Assembly: GCF_006345805.1 (NCBI RefSeq)
Contig: NC_043008.1
Location: 70,370,001 to 70,434,000, forward strand
Source: Octopus sinensis
Lineage: Eukaryota
DNA: 64,000 bases
Direction: 5' to 3'
The translations under genes were made by a program, and so were the position numbers. Shown here one piece after another: positions 25,412 through 38,262 of this stretch. Under the pieces are notes generated by a model. The model was not told the DNA's origin. It saw nothing but the letters and a program-made list of their open reading frames with translations, and did not search any database. Position 1 is the stretch's first letter. Each line of letters opens with the position of its first letter.

Positions 25412-26344
25412 TATATAAATTGGCACAGGTTCAGGTCTTAATCTCATTTTGTATAATGATCTCTGTTGTTTAGCATTCCAAGATCACTCTGACCAGCCTG
25501 ATATATCATCAAAGACATTCCAGTCGTGATCATCCTATTATTCATTTCAGACAATTTTTTTAAAAGGATTACATAGACTAAAGTGTCCTTTACATTTTAA
25601 GACAGTCTGTTGGAGATTCAATTGCTGTTGCTAACAAGGCAACTAACTGAACAGATGCTTCCTTGTATATCTCATTACTGTGGTAGTTGTTGCTGTTACT
25701 TAGCCCAGTCAACTCTGATCCAGCAGACCTTTGTTTAAAAGCATTCTGTTTTTCTATGAGGTATCCAGGGATACATGCAATATCTTATGATGTGTTCTTG
25801 TCTTACTTAAAATGATAGGGTGTGATTTGAGGGAGATTTAACAGCTATTTCTTGTAGTCTGAGAAGGTGATAAATTGTCTTCAATTTATACACTCAATAC
25901 TTATACAGAAAGAAGCAAATAGATCAATCTTCCCCAAGCAAAGACAAGAACCTATACATGGTCTCTAAAACTTTAGAAATAGCAGCTAAGTTCTCTGAAA
26001 TAAAATAAAATGGCAAGACATTTTCTCCTATCCACTTACTCAATACATTACTCAATACTTCCAGGAAATTTTCATGAATTTATCATTTTCTTCTTTGAGA
26101 GAAGATTTATTCCTCTATTTTTTTTTCTGTTTTGTGATTGCAGAGAGGGAGTACACGCTAGTTTCCCCTCTGTTACATTGTCTTCAACAGGATTTACCAT
26201 TTTTCTGTTCATCTGGCAGACAGATTTCAGTTTATGCAGTAATTTTACTTCTACCTCCTCCTCCTTTTATCATTGTATATGGCCATCTTCATGTGGAAGT
26301 ATATGTATGTGTATAGTTGATGAGTATGTGTGTGTGTGTGTGTG

Positions 26345-26387
<43 letters not shown>

Positions 26388-28249
26388 ATATATGTGTGTG
26401 TTTGTATGTATATGTGTGTGTATATATGTGCATGTTTATATATATGTGTGTGTGTATATATATTTGTGTATGTGTATGTGCATATATGTGTATGTAATCC
26501 CAGTTCCTATATCATCATATCTACTTCCTTTGTAATCTATACAGAATAGATTTTATTTTTTGCTCTCTCATGTTGCATGACTAGCTTATAAAATACTGAC
26601 TTTTATTGTGTTCTTACTGTAGGTATTATATAGTATTTTTCGTATTAGATAAATCATCCTCATTCAATTGTTATTTTGTCTTTATTGAATATTTGGCTGG
26701 TTCTTTCTGAATATTATAATTTACATTGTTTTCCTGTCTACTTTGTTTTAGTTTATTTAATTTCCAACTTATTATGCTAGAACTATAATTGATTAATAGG
26801 ACAACTAATGTGTTTATGATCATTGTTTTGTTCTTGGCATTAAGGTCAATACTTAATACTAATCTAATTGCGAATTGTATTCGATTTTTGTGCAATTTTT
26901 TCTCTCCTCATTTTCATTTGTCTGTGTTGTTTGCTGTCTGCTTCATTTGTTCCTAACTACCTCTATGTATGTTCCTGTTATTTCTAGAGAAATGTTTATT
27001 TTTTTTCTTCATCCTCCACTTAATGTTACATTTCCTAAATATTCTAATTTTCTATCTTGTTCTGGTCACTTAGTATTTTCTGTTTACTTTTTTATGTTGT
27101 TGTTAATATTATTGCTGTTGTTGTAAGTGTTGTTTTTGTCATTATTATTATTATTATTATTTGCTATTGATAAGTTGCTTCTATTTCTAGTCAACAATTT
27201 TTTGTAAGGGTTATTTTTTACAAAGGGTTGTTGTTGTTGTGGTGGTGGTGGTGGTGGCTGTTGTTGTTGTTGTTGTTGTTATCATCATCATATTCATCAT
27301 CATCATTATTATTATGGGCTTGAAGACTGCTCATTTGCTTTTCTTGAATGTGTGTCTGATATTAATATAGCTTCTGTTGTGTAGGTTACCTGGTTTAATG
27401 TCCTTTGTCTACATTACCTGATCTCTGACCCCTCTTCCCACCTTTATTTCTTCTAATGATATTACCTTGTGGTGATGTGTTGTTATTAACAATGATTTCC
27501 AATGATGTGTTGTCTGTCTTATTATTGTTGTATAACTTTGGTCAACTCCACTTGAGCAGTGCAAACAATACTATGTAGGTAACTGATTGAAACAATAAAG
27601 CCATTTTATCTGTGCTTTTAGCTCTGACCATCATATCTTAATTGTATGTTATCATAGCCTGCAATTTAGATCTTAGAAAGTACACGTGGCCCACTGTTTG
27701 AAAGAAAGTGGTCAAGGGAAGTTGCACTGCTACATTGAATGAGCTGGCTAATTATATACAAGCTCTTTCACTGGTTAATGATGTCCCTCATTTGATAGAC
27801 AAAAGATGGTTTTGTTGAAAGAAATTTTGCTATTATATTCAATAGTTTGAATATATATAGAGAGACTTTTTCTTTACATCAACATGTATCAGTAAGAAAC
27901 CAAGAAACAAGGGGAAATTTACTTGACCATAATAACATTTATTAAATATGTTTGATGATGAGTTCTACTGCTCAAAATCACAGCAACCCACTCATCTCAT
28001 AACACACAAACTATCTTATTTTACAAATTTTATTAATTCATTATTGCAGGTCATCACTAATATCACAAGCTCTAATTGTTGTTGTTTTATGAATCAATCA
28101 CATATTCCTCTCAATTCTAGAGAAAGGTTCCATTTCTAAGAAAAGACATACTTGTTTGACTACTATTCAAGCCAAGGTTGTTCTGTCCCTTATTATCCCA
28201 AAATTTAGAATATACTGCCGTATATATTGTAAAGATAATCAGAGGTTTT

Positions 28250-28560
28250 GAATGACAGAGATATTGGGTGCCACAATTAGTTTATGGTTTAGTTAAGAAG
28301 AAGAGGCAGTGCCCTTGTGAGATCAATATAATTTATGTTTAGTCAATGTTTCCAGGACATATCAAAGATTGAGTGATGATCAGGAAAAAAATTACACAGC
28401 AAATGGTTAGGGAAGAGCCTTGATGTTGAAAGACAAATAGGAATGTGTAGAAGACAGGTGGAAGAGATATACACATAGATGTGTCAGATTAGCAGAAGAG
28501 ACAGAATAGGCACAAAAACAGATGAGAAAGGTTATGCAGAAGGTCTGTCACTGGTATATT
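28250..28560 (+). mobile_element. Very old RTE-like LINE 3' ORF relic
   Basis: Broken frames give GHIKRL...GRALML, resembling the RTE C-terminal GHV-R...RAL..V.G.R.RGRP pattern. Confidence 0.4.
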
Positions 28561-28650
28561 TGGTCAGTCATTTTAAGTGATGTATATTTGTTGAAGGAGA
28601 TATGGTTGCTTTTAGAATGCTGTCTATAGATATATGCATGTGTATGTATA

Positions 28651-30056
28651 TCAGAACTAGAGGAGAAGTTTCAGGTGTGGAAACAAGGATTAGAATCGAA
28701 AGGCCTTAGAGTCAACCTAGCTAAAACCAAAGTCCTAATAAGTAGGAGGCAGACAAACCACAAATCCCTTCAGATAGATGGCCCTGCTCAATCTGTAGAA
28801 AAGGCATAGGTAGAAACTCTATAAGATGTACCCAGTGTAAGCCATGGACACATAAGAGGTGCAGCAATATCAAAGGAAGGCTAACTGGGAAGATAGTTTT
28901 TGGCAGATGCTCAGGAGCAATAAACACTGAAAATGTGCAGAGAACAACTTCCTCCACATACCAGGGAGAAAAACTAGTAGTTGATAGCTTCCGTTACCTA
29001 GGTGACCAAGTCAGTAGCAGGGGAGGGTGCACTGAAAGTGTAGCTGGTAGAATAAGAATAGCTTGGGCAAAGTTCACAGAGCTCTTAACTCTGCTGGTGA
29101 CAAAGGGCCTCTTTCTCAGAGTAAAAGGTAGACTGAATGATACATGTGTACGAACAGCCATGCTACATGGCAGGGAAACATGGGCCGTGACTGCTGAGGA
29201 TATGTGTAAGTTCACAAGGAATGAAGCTAGTATGCTCTGATGGATGTGTAATGTCAGTGTGCATACTCAACAGACTAAGTACTTTGAGAGAAACGTTGGA
29301 CCTAAGAAGCATCAGATGTGGTGTGCAAGAGAGACGACTGCACTGGTATGGTCATGTGGCAAGAATGGATGGGGATAGCTGACGGAAAAAGTGCCACACC
29401 CTAGAGGTTAAGGGAACCTGTGGAAGAGATAGACCCAGGAAGACCTGGGATGAGGTGGTGAAGCACGATCTTCGAACATTAGGCCTCACCTTTGGAAATA
29501 TGCAGTGCGTGAGAAGACCCGGCAAGCCAAGTGAGACCATAACCCATGGCCTATGCCAGGGGTGTAACCAGCCCACTTATGCATACCTTTCTTACATTGA
29601 ACACTAAACTCTGCTTGTGAAGACTTGTTGAGGCAAATGAAATCAAAATCAAATCAAATCAAATTCGCAAATTCGATGACTGGCACCTGTGCCATTGAAG
29701 CACTCAGAGCACCATTCAAATGTGATTGTTACCAGCGTCGCCTTACTGGCACTTGTGCTGGTGGCACATGAAAAACATTCGAGTGAGGTCGTTGCCAGTG
29801 CTGCTGGACTGGCTCCTGTGCAGGTGGTACGTAAAAAACACCACTTGAGCATGGCCGTTGCCAGTACCACCTGACTGGCACGTAAAAGCACCCACTACAC
29901 TCTTGGAGTGGTTGGCATTAGGAAGGGTATCTAGCTGTAGAAACTCTGCCAGATCAGATTGGAGCCTGGTGCAGCATTCTGGTTTGCCAGACCTCAGTCA
30001 AATCGTCCAACCCATGCTAGCATGGAAAGCGGACGTAAAACGATGATGATGATGAT
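28651..30056 (+). mobile_element. 5'-truncated RTE-clade LINE (RT C-terminus, Cys-rich insert, 3' UTR with tandem repeats, (GAT)n tail)
   Basis: ELEEKFQVWKQGLESKGLRVNLAKTKVL; WPCSICRKGIGRNSIRCTQCKPWTHKRCS; VVDSFRYLGDQVSSRGGCTESVAGRIRIAWAKF..RTAMLHGRETW; frameshifts and stops; (GAT)5 tail. Confidence 0.9.
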
Positions 30057-30149
30057 ATATATATATATGCACACACATACATATATATTATATATGTGCG
30101 TGTGTGTATACACACACACACACACGTATATATATATATATATATATAT

Positions 30150-30185
<36 letters not shown>

Positions 30186-30896
30186 TTTAGAGATTCTTAT
30201 GCACCTGTTTTGATAAAAAAATAAAAGAAGTAGGCATGCTATTAAAAAGAAAGAGATTTACTTGTTTGACTAAGTGATTCTTGTGTGAATGAGAGAGATT
30301 TCTCACAGCCTTATAACAGACATTTTAAAGAGAGCAAAGAGATTTGTTTAGAAGGAGGGTTTCATTTATCTGCTAGATTCAAAACCTCCCACTGACTTCG
30401 TTTTCATATATGCTGTTACATTTCTTATAATGTTGTTTTTTTCATGGGATGAGGGTTATCTTGTCTGATTAGCAACACTTCTTTAATCTTTACCCTTGTT
30501 TTAGTTTTTCCCATGGGGTTTTTTTTTTGGTAGGGGAGGGTACAAGGAGGCTGCTACTTTTCATGCCAGCGGGATTAGTCAATCATTGCTGAAACGTGTG
30601 TATATAACTATGGCTTTGTTTGAGATACAGTGTGTGCGTGTTTGTGATTGCATTTATGCGTAGGTATGCTTGTGTGTATGTTTATAGGTATATATATGTA
30701 TTATATGTATGTGTCTATATACGTGTGTGTGAGGGCATATGTATGTGTCTATATATGTGTGTGAGAGCATATACATATATATATATATGTGTGTATATAT
30801 ATATATATATATCGTGTGTATGTTTGTGTGTATATATTTAGATATAGATATATCAATGTGTGTGTGTATATATATATAGATATATCAATGTGTGTA

Positions 30897-30932
<36 letters not shown>

Positions 30933-31554
30933 AATATATTAACGTGTGTGTATAGATATGTATACATATATATATGTCTGTGTTCATGTGTTCTTTATAT
31001 ATATTTATACACATACATATATATATATATATGCATATATACATCTCTCTCTCTCTATATATATATATATAGCATTTGCACACATACACACAAAGACAAG
31101 TGTGTGTATGTATATGCATGTATTTTCATATTATATTACTTATGTACCTTACCTTTAGTGTTCTATCTATGTATTCGTATTACATGTAACCTGATAAATT
31201 ATTGGAGCATGTCTGGCACCACCACTTCCACCCATTACCACCATCCATCATGCTCCCCTTCATGCACACACACTATCGTGTATTAATTCTCATACCAGAC
31301 TTCTATCCTTTTTTCTCACCCTCTATTTATTTGTTCTTTTATATCTTCTCTTCAGTTATTCACTTATTATTTATGTATTTATTCAGTCATTTATCTATTT
31401 TCCTACCCTAACTAAGACAATGTGACTAGCAAGATTATTTGTATCTCACTGTATTGTTCTTGTTATGCATGTTGTTGCTTTTGTTTGTTGTCCTTGTGGC
31501 AAATAAAAGAAAATTTGTTGTTATCATCTTGATAATCATTATCATCCTCGAATG

Positions 31555-34195
31555 TTTCCCCACGTGATGTGGAAAAATTCAAAAACTAATTAGGCAAAAG
31601 GATTGTGGAAGGCCTGTACAGAGGCCCTGAAAAAGGACAACCCCGAGACTAGGGTAAGTGACTGACTCCTCTTTCTGTTTCTTTCCCTCCTCCTAGAATG
31701 GCAATGCTAAAAATAGGCTCCATAAATGCTTGTGGCCTGGTGGCAGCGTGGAAGCAGGGCCACCTGCTCAATGACCTGAGATCAACGACCTCTGGATGTA
31801 GTAGCCACCTGCAAGGCTAGGATTTCCATAACACAATTGCTGTCTCTCCCTCTGGACATCTGCAAGGTTTATGTCTCCTCCAGCTGACCTGTATCAAATG
31901 GCATAACAGTTCTGTTTTGGAAAGGCCTTGAAATAGAAAAGTAAATACAGTTTTCCAAGACTTGGCCAGTAGGTTGGTGGTTTTGGACATGGACAGCAAG
32001 GAAGGAAATGGCGGAGTTTTCACACTTGTGATTGTCTAAAGACATCTTGCTCATATAGTGTAAGTGGGCAGCAGGAATGGGATCTTGGGTGCAAGCAAAG
32101 ATTATGGGAGAGCAGCTGAAAGGGGAGGTGTGTGCAAAAGCCTTGCAAACTATCTGACATCTCTATCTGTTTGACACGCTTTGCCTCAATTTCTCAAATA
32201 TGTTAATGTGGACTTGGTCAAATTGCAATGAATCATCCAGCTCATATTTAGATAGGCTTTTTATTAGAATAGCATATCTGTATTTAGTAGAGCAATGGTC
32301 AATTTGGCTCAGTCAAAGGCATTTTTCAAGGTAGACCATTGCTGTCTGGTTGCTGCCAGTTTGGTCCCATCTTCAGAGGGGAGCAAATGCCATTGTACAT
32401 TGGATCACCACAAAGTGCAATGGTATCTGTTCAGTGGTCAAATTAAATGGCCACTTCTTGGAAGCTTTCAGCATCAGACATTTGGTCTGCCTAGGATGTC
32501 CCCTCTCCCTACTTTTATATGTTTTGACATTGGAACCTATGTTGTGAAGGATGGAATGTTTGAGAAGTATCTCACCAGAACTAGGTCACAGGGGAGTTGT
32601 GTCTGCATGCAAGGATGACATCACTGTCATGGTCTTCAACTCTTTAGATATAGAAGCTGTCAACACTATGCTAAAAGAATACCAAGTATGTACAGGAGCA
32701 CACACAAGCCAGGAAAAATCAATGGATTTGCAGCTAGGCCCTTGGAGAGGCAGGTTCATGTCCACCAACAGTGATTTCTGTCACTGAAGTAAGGGTCTGC
32801 TGAATTTTGGAATCTGGTTTGGACCTGACCTCCGAGTGGAACGGAACAGGTAACAGATGAGCAGGGTGGCCAATCTCACAGAAAAATGTTCTGAGAGGAA
32901 GCTGCTTTTGAAAGGCTGGGGAGAAGTAGTGAATGCATGCATTGCTTTTGTGATATACTAATGCCTAACCATCGTAAAATGTCCCCAGAAAACTCTGACT
33001 AGGTTCGAGCACCTGCTTTTCTGATTCTTATGGAAGGATCCAGTTCCATTGGTAATCCATCAAGAAATCCATCTGTTGTCAACACTCACTCCTTGGTGAT
33101 CTTGAGATATCACTCTTGAAGATGCACCAGCTTGTGCTGAGACTGACACCTTTGCAGAAATATCTAAATCACTGCAATGCTATCGACGACAACAACAACA
33201 AAAAAGGGTGAACTGGTGTGTGTCCTATATGAGACACATCTTTCTTCAGCTCATCTTTTTTGACCAAGCTGCAGTCATGGGCCAAGCATAAATGAAGACT
33301 GGGTGTCTAGCATCTAAAATGTAACCAGGTTCTCACAGCATTGTACCACCTGGACAAAGCTATTTTGGGGAAAGCAACTCAAGATTTCCGTAGGAGGTTA
33401 GTTGAGGATATCAGCAATGATGGCCTGGAATTGACTGTGGGCATCAATAGGTTGAAGACTATGGATTACTTCCAAAAGACTTTGGCATTTAAGTCTATAT
33501 GAGTTGTTATCTATTTGAGGCTAGCTCTTCAGACATAGAAGCACGAACAGCCAAACCTATCCAAGATATATGTATAGTGGGAAGAAATCATCATCCTGCA
33601 CCCAATCATTTAGTGTCCATGTATTAGCAACTTGTGGGCTTGTGTTGAGCAGCTGTTGTCTCATGTAAGATGGATTTGGGTGTCTGCCATGTTTTTAGTG
33701 AAGATCAATGTACCACCTCCCTTTAGCAGAGAAAGAAAGCTGATCTTTCTCTGTCTATTGGTTATGGCAAACGAGGTGTTGCGATAAACCCACCAGTTTC
33801 TTCATATATCACTTGAAGAGGAATGTGAGGTGCTGCCTTCTAGCATTTTATTGGAAGGTGACTGAGAGTGGCAAGTCTGGTAAGGCTGAATGGACCTACT
33901 CTGAGTATGCTTTTCTAAATAGGAGAAGAAAAACTGGAAGATGGCACTTCTTATGTAGTGGAGCTGGCAGAGTATTCCTAGATTTTTTGTGTGAGAGTTT
34001 TCCTTGAATTACCCTAGATAGACAACTCCTCTTTTGGGAATACTATTTATTAATTATTTATTTTTATAAATTCTGTCTTTATTTTACATCTTTTGTGAGA
34101 AACTTATTGTTGCAGTGTCTCCCTTTGATCTATATAAATCCTACCTGTTTGTATGTTATATCTTGTCTTAGGCCTTTGTGACCAATAAAAGAAAT
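31555..34195 (+). mobile_element. Decayed, internally deleted Tx1/L1-clade LINE
   Basis: APE endonuclease start MAMLKIGSINACGL at 31698; RT motifs LGCPLSLLLYVLTLEPM (QGCPLSP-like) and ACKDDITV (YADD-like); 3' end TTGTGACCAATAAAAGAAA. Confidence 0.85.
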
Positions 34196-34210
34196 CATAA
34201 TAATAATAAT

Positions 34211-34769
34211 CATCGTTTAACGTCCGCTTCCCGTGCTAGCATGGGTTGGACGATTTGACTGAGGTCTGGCGAACCAGATGGCTGCACAGACTCCATTCTG
34301 GTCTGGCAAAGTTTCTACACTCCGAGAGTGTAGTGGGTGTTTTTATGTGCCACTGGCATGAGGGCCAGTCAGGCTGTTCTGGCAATGGCCACGCTCAAAT
34401 GGTGCTTTTTATGTACCACCTGCACAGGAGCTGGTCCAGCGGCACTGGCAACGACGTCGCTCGAATGTTTTTCATGTGCCACCAGCACAAGTGCTAGTAA
34501 GGCGACGCAGGTAACGATCATGCTCAAATGGTGTTTTTAACGTACTATCGGCTCGGAGGCCAGGTTGTTGCTCTGGCCCCGATCTCACTCGTACGGTACT
34601 CTTAGCACTCCACTAGCACGGATGCCAGTCACCGAATTTGATTTTGATTTCGATTTCACTTGCCTCCACAAGTCTTCGCAAGCAGAGCTTAGTGTCTAAT
34701 GAAGGAAAGGCACACATGAGTGGACTGGTTACACCCCTGGCAGAGGCTACAAGGTTATGGTCTCACTTG
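34211..34769 (-). mobile_element. 3' UTR-only copy of the same RTE family as 28651-30056, inserted in the Tx1 (AAT)n tail
   Basis: Reverse complement matches 29527-30045, including GACCTCAGTCAAATCGTCCAACCCATGCTAGCA and the ACTGGC..GTGGCAC tandem units. Confidence 0.9.
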
Positions 34770-35034
34770 CGCTTATTATTATTATTGTTAAGGCAGTGAG
34801 CAAGTTGAAGTCTCTCCTGTACTTGGTGGACCATATTATCCATGAATTCACGTATTTCGTATATCATATGTGTATGCCTTTCATTTAATTTCTCCTTCAC
34901 TGTTTTCTTTCTTTTTTCCTTGATAACCTGATTTTATGTAAACCCCAGACATCAAAACTAGTCTTCGTAATAAACCCCTTCATCTGGCACCTCAGAGGAA
35001 AACAAAAACAGATCATCATCATTATCATTATTAA

Positions 35035-35450
35035 GATCAGGGAATTGGCTTCTGTATTTTACAAAATGCTTTGCAGCTTTACTTTTGACTCTTTATATAC
35101 TGAATTCAAATACTGTTCAGGTCAAATTTTTGCCTTCCATTGCTCCAGGGGTGATAAATTAAAGTGCCAATCAAGTAGAGGGGTTAATGGCATTGATTAA
35201 TTTTTCTCCAGCAAAATTGTTGGCATTTTTCCTTAATACAAAAATTTTTAAGACAGCAAGCTAGAAGAATCATTAGAGTTTCAGAAAAAATGTCTTGCAA
35301 CATTTCTTCCAGCTCTTTAAAATACTGCTGAAGTCAGATTTGCTTTCCATCCATTGGGATCAATAAAATATAGTACTGGTCAGATACTCTGATAATCAGT
35401 TATTGCTCCTTTCAACCAAATTTGTAGCTTCATAGCTATTTAAGAATCCA
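35035..35450 (+). mobile_element. Two tandem decayed SINE-B copies
   Basis: Two GCCTTCCAT/GCTTTCCATCC central blocks and two tails; ends at (ATT)n. Confidence 0.65.
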
Positions 35451-35467
35451 TTATTATTATTATTATT

Positions 35468-37362
35468 GTCTTTGTACACTGGAGGTGTACTACGGTGTCA
35501 GCTGTTCACTACCAGTGAACTAAGGTAACACTCCTTATTTTTCGAGCACCATCTGGAGTATTCGAGCACTTCCAAGCATTGCTGTTTCCTGCAAGTGCTC
35601 CACCCATATTGCAGCCCCTATTTGTTTCATGTACTTCTCAAGAATTTTACTCAATGTTCTCTGGGCTCCGACTATTATTGGTACTACTATCACCTTTCTC
35701 AGCGACCACAACTACTTAACCTCCCAAGCTAACCTGTCATATCTATCAACTTTCCTTTCTACATTATCACATACCTTGTTATCAGCTAGGCATGCTAAAT
35801 CTATGATCCAACATCATTTACTTTCTTTCTCAAATAACAATTTGTCTGACTTCTTATTCTCTATCTCATGGTTGCACTGAATCATAAAATCCCATAGGAT
35901 CTTTGCATTATCATTTTCGATTATGCCTTCGAGTTTATGTTCGTACCACATTTTTGCTCTGTCAAGTTCATACTTGTTGCAAAGTGTCCAATGGACAATC
36001 CTTGCTTTATTGTCATGACATTGCTTATATTCTTTCTGGGCCAGTGGCATACATTGACTGTTAATATGCCATACGGTTTCACCATTTTGTCCACAAGTTC
36101 TGCACTTATCTTATTCTGATGTGTTGTCTATTCTGTATTTAATGTAATTGGTTCTTAATGCTTACTCTTGGACAGCACAGATTAGAGCCACTGTTTCCAG
36201 TTTTAAATCACTTTTAGTCATCCATAGCCATCTTTTTACTCTGTCTGTCTTATCTTTAACATGAAATTGTTTATGCAGTCTTTTCTTTAACCACCTATTT
36301 TCAGTTTCATTCATTCTTAAGTCCTTGTACAGTGCTTTATCTTTGCAATCTTCCATCCTACACAAGCATGACCTTACTTCCAACAATAGTGGTTCTGTGG
36401 AATTTTTTACATACCATGCTATGTTGTTTTCTTCTGCTCTAACACTGTGTTCGCATCCAATTAGTCCCCTTCTCTTTTTCTTGGTCTGTCTGTGTCACAT
36501 TTTGGGTGGTGTATCCCATATCTAGTCAGCAGCTTCTTTGTCTTTCTGTCTAAGCTGTTTAGTTCATCTACTGTCCATGTGACTACCCCTGCTCCATATC
36601 TAATGAGTGAAACCACCCAGGTTTTGATAGCTTCAATCTTATTCCATCCATTTAATTTCAACTTAAGGATCAGTCTCAGTCTGCACAAGTACTCCACCTT
36701 AAATTTTTCTCTCATTTCTTTCTCCATCAATTTATCCATTTTCAATAACCCCAAGTACTTATAGCTCATCTTTTTTATCTGCTTCATAACCCCCCATAAC
36801 GGTATCACTAGCCTGTCGATACATTTCATTTTGCCTCTCTTCATGACAAACAAACCACACTTTTTCAGCCCGAACTCCCTTCTGATATCAGCTCTGAAAG
36901 TATACAACATATCAACGAGGGAACTGACTTGGGGTTCATCTTTACCATAAAGTTCGAGGTCATCCATAAATAACAAGTGGTTGACTTTTTGTTGACAGCT
37001 TTTGAATACATACCCAGTCTTTGCTTTCCTCTAAATCAGTGCTAGTGGTATCATGCACAGTACAAAGATCAGTGGGGACAGGCAGTCCCCTTGAAAGATG
37101 CCTCTCCTGATTTCTATTGTCCCTAAACTTCTTCCATATGCTGTCAGTTCTGTCCTCCACTTTGCCATACTTTTCCCAAGCAATCATTCAACATTTGATG
37201 CAATACCAAATGGCTTCATACATTCCATAATCCAAGAATGTGGGATCATATGGTACACCTTACGATAATCGATCCATGACATAGCTAAGTTAGTTTTCAT
37301 CCTCTTGCAGTCTCTAAGTACATTTTGTCTACTAGGAGTTGATCCTTGGTACCTCTGCACTT
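35468..37362 (-). mobile_element. 5'-truncated R4/Dong-clade LINE no.1 (RT plus restriction-like endonuclease region), pseudogenised
   Basis: CRGTKDQLLVDK, WIDYRKVYHMIPHSWI, LFMDDLELY, EFGLKKC, YKYLG, HPKCDTDR, HDNKARIVHW, KILWDF; (AAT)n tail at 35449-35467. Confidence 0.9.
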
Positions 37363-37384
37363 AAGCTTGCAACCCTTCTGAATG

Positions 37385-37790
37385 AAGGGCTTAGCAGTAT
37401 TTTGCTTGTGACTGTGTTCCAAGTACAAATTCCACTGGGGTCGACTTTGCCTTTCATCTTTTTAGGGATGATCAATTGAGGACCAGTGAAACACTGGGGT
37501 CGATGTAATTGACTAGTCCCCTCCCCGCAAATTTCAGGCCTTGTGCCTTCAGTGAAAAGGATTGTTATTATTGGCAGTGAGCTGGCAGAAACGTTAGCAC
37601 ATCAGGGAAAATGCTTGGCAGCATGTCACTGTCTTTATGTTCTGCATTCAAATTCCACTGAGGCCGGCCAACTTTGCTTTTCGTCCTTTTGGGGTCAATA
37701 AAATAAGTACCATTTGAGCATTGAGAGTCAATGTATTTGACTTACACCTCACCACAATTGCTGGCCTTGTGCTAAAATTTGAAACCATTG
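37385..37790 (+). mobile_element. Two tandem SINE-B copies
   Basis: Family blocks GTCGACTTTGCCTTTCATC and GGCAGTGAGCTGGCAGAAACGTTAGCAC. Confidence 0.85.
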
Positions 37791-38028
37791 TTATTATTGT
37801 TATTAGATATATATTATATTGTTGGAGAAATACCTTGCGATGTATTGTCTTAGACACCCCTGATAATGGTGAATATACTTGTTTTACCAGTAACACTTTT
37901 GGATGCACAATTGTAATGGCATGGGTTTGATTGCCGAACTGTGAGGGCGAGGAACTGTATTTTATGTCACTCAGGTGAAAATGAATTAAGTCTGCTACAA
38001 AGTGGTTCTTTGCAGATAACTTGTCCAA

Positions 38029-38262
38029 GGCGGTGAGCTGGCAGAAATGTTAGCACGTCAGACGAAATGCTTGATGATATTTCGTCCGTGTGAACGTTCT
38101 GGGTTCAAATTCCGCTGAGGTCGACTTTGCCTTTCATCCTTTTAGGGTCGATAAATTAAGTACCAGTTATGCACTGGGGTCGATTCAATCGACTTAATCC
38201 CTTTGTCCGTCCTTGTTTGTCCTCTCTGTGTTTAGCCCCTTGTAGGTAGTAAAGAAATAGGT
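38029..38262 (+). mobile_element. Young SINE-B variant with alternative tail and 10-bp TSD ACTTGTCCAA
   Basis: TSD at 38019-38028 and 38263-38272; CpGs intact; tail CCTTGTTTGTCC...TTTAGCCCCTTGTAGGTAGTAAAGAAATAGG differs from the ATT-tailed copies. Confidence 0.9.
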
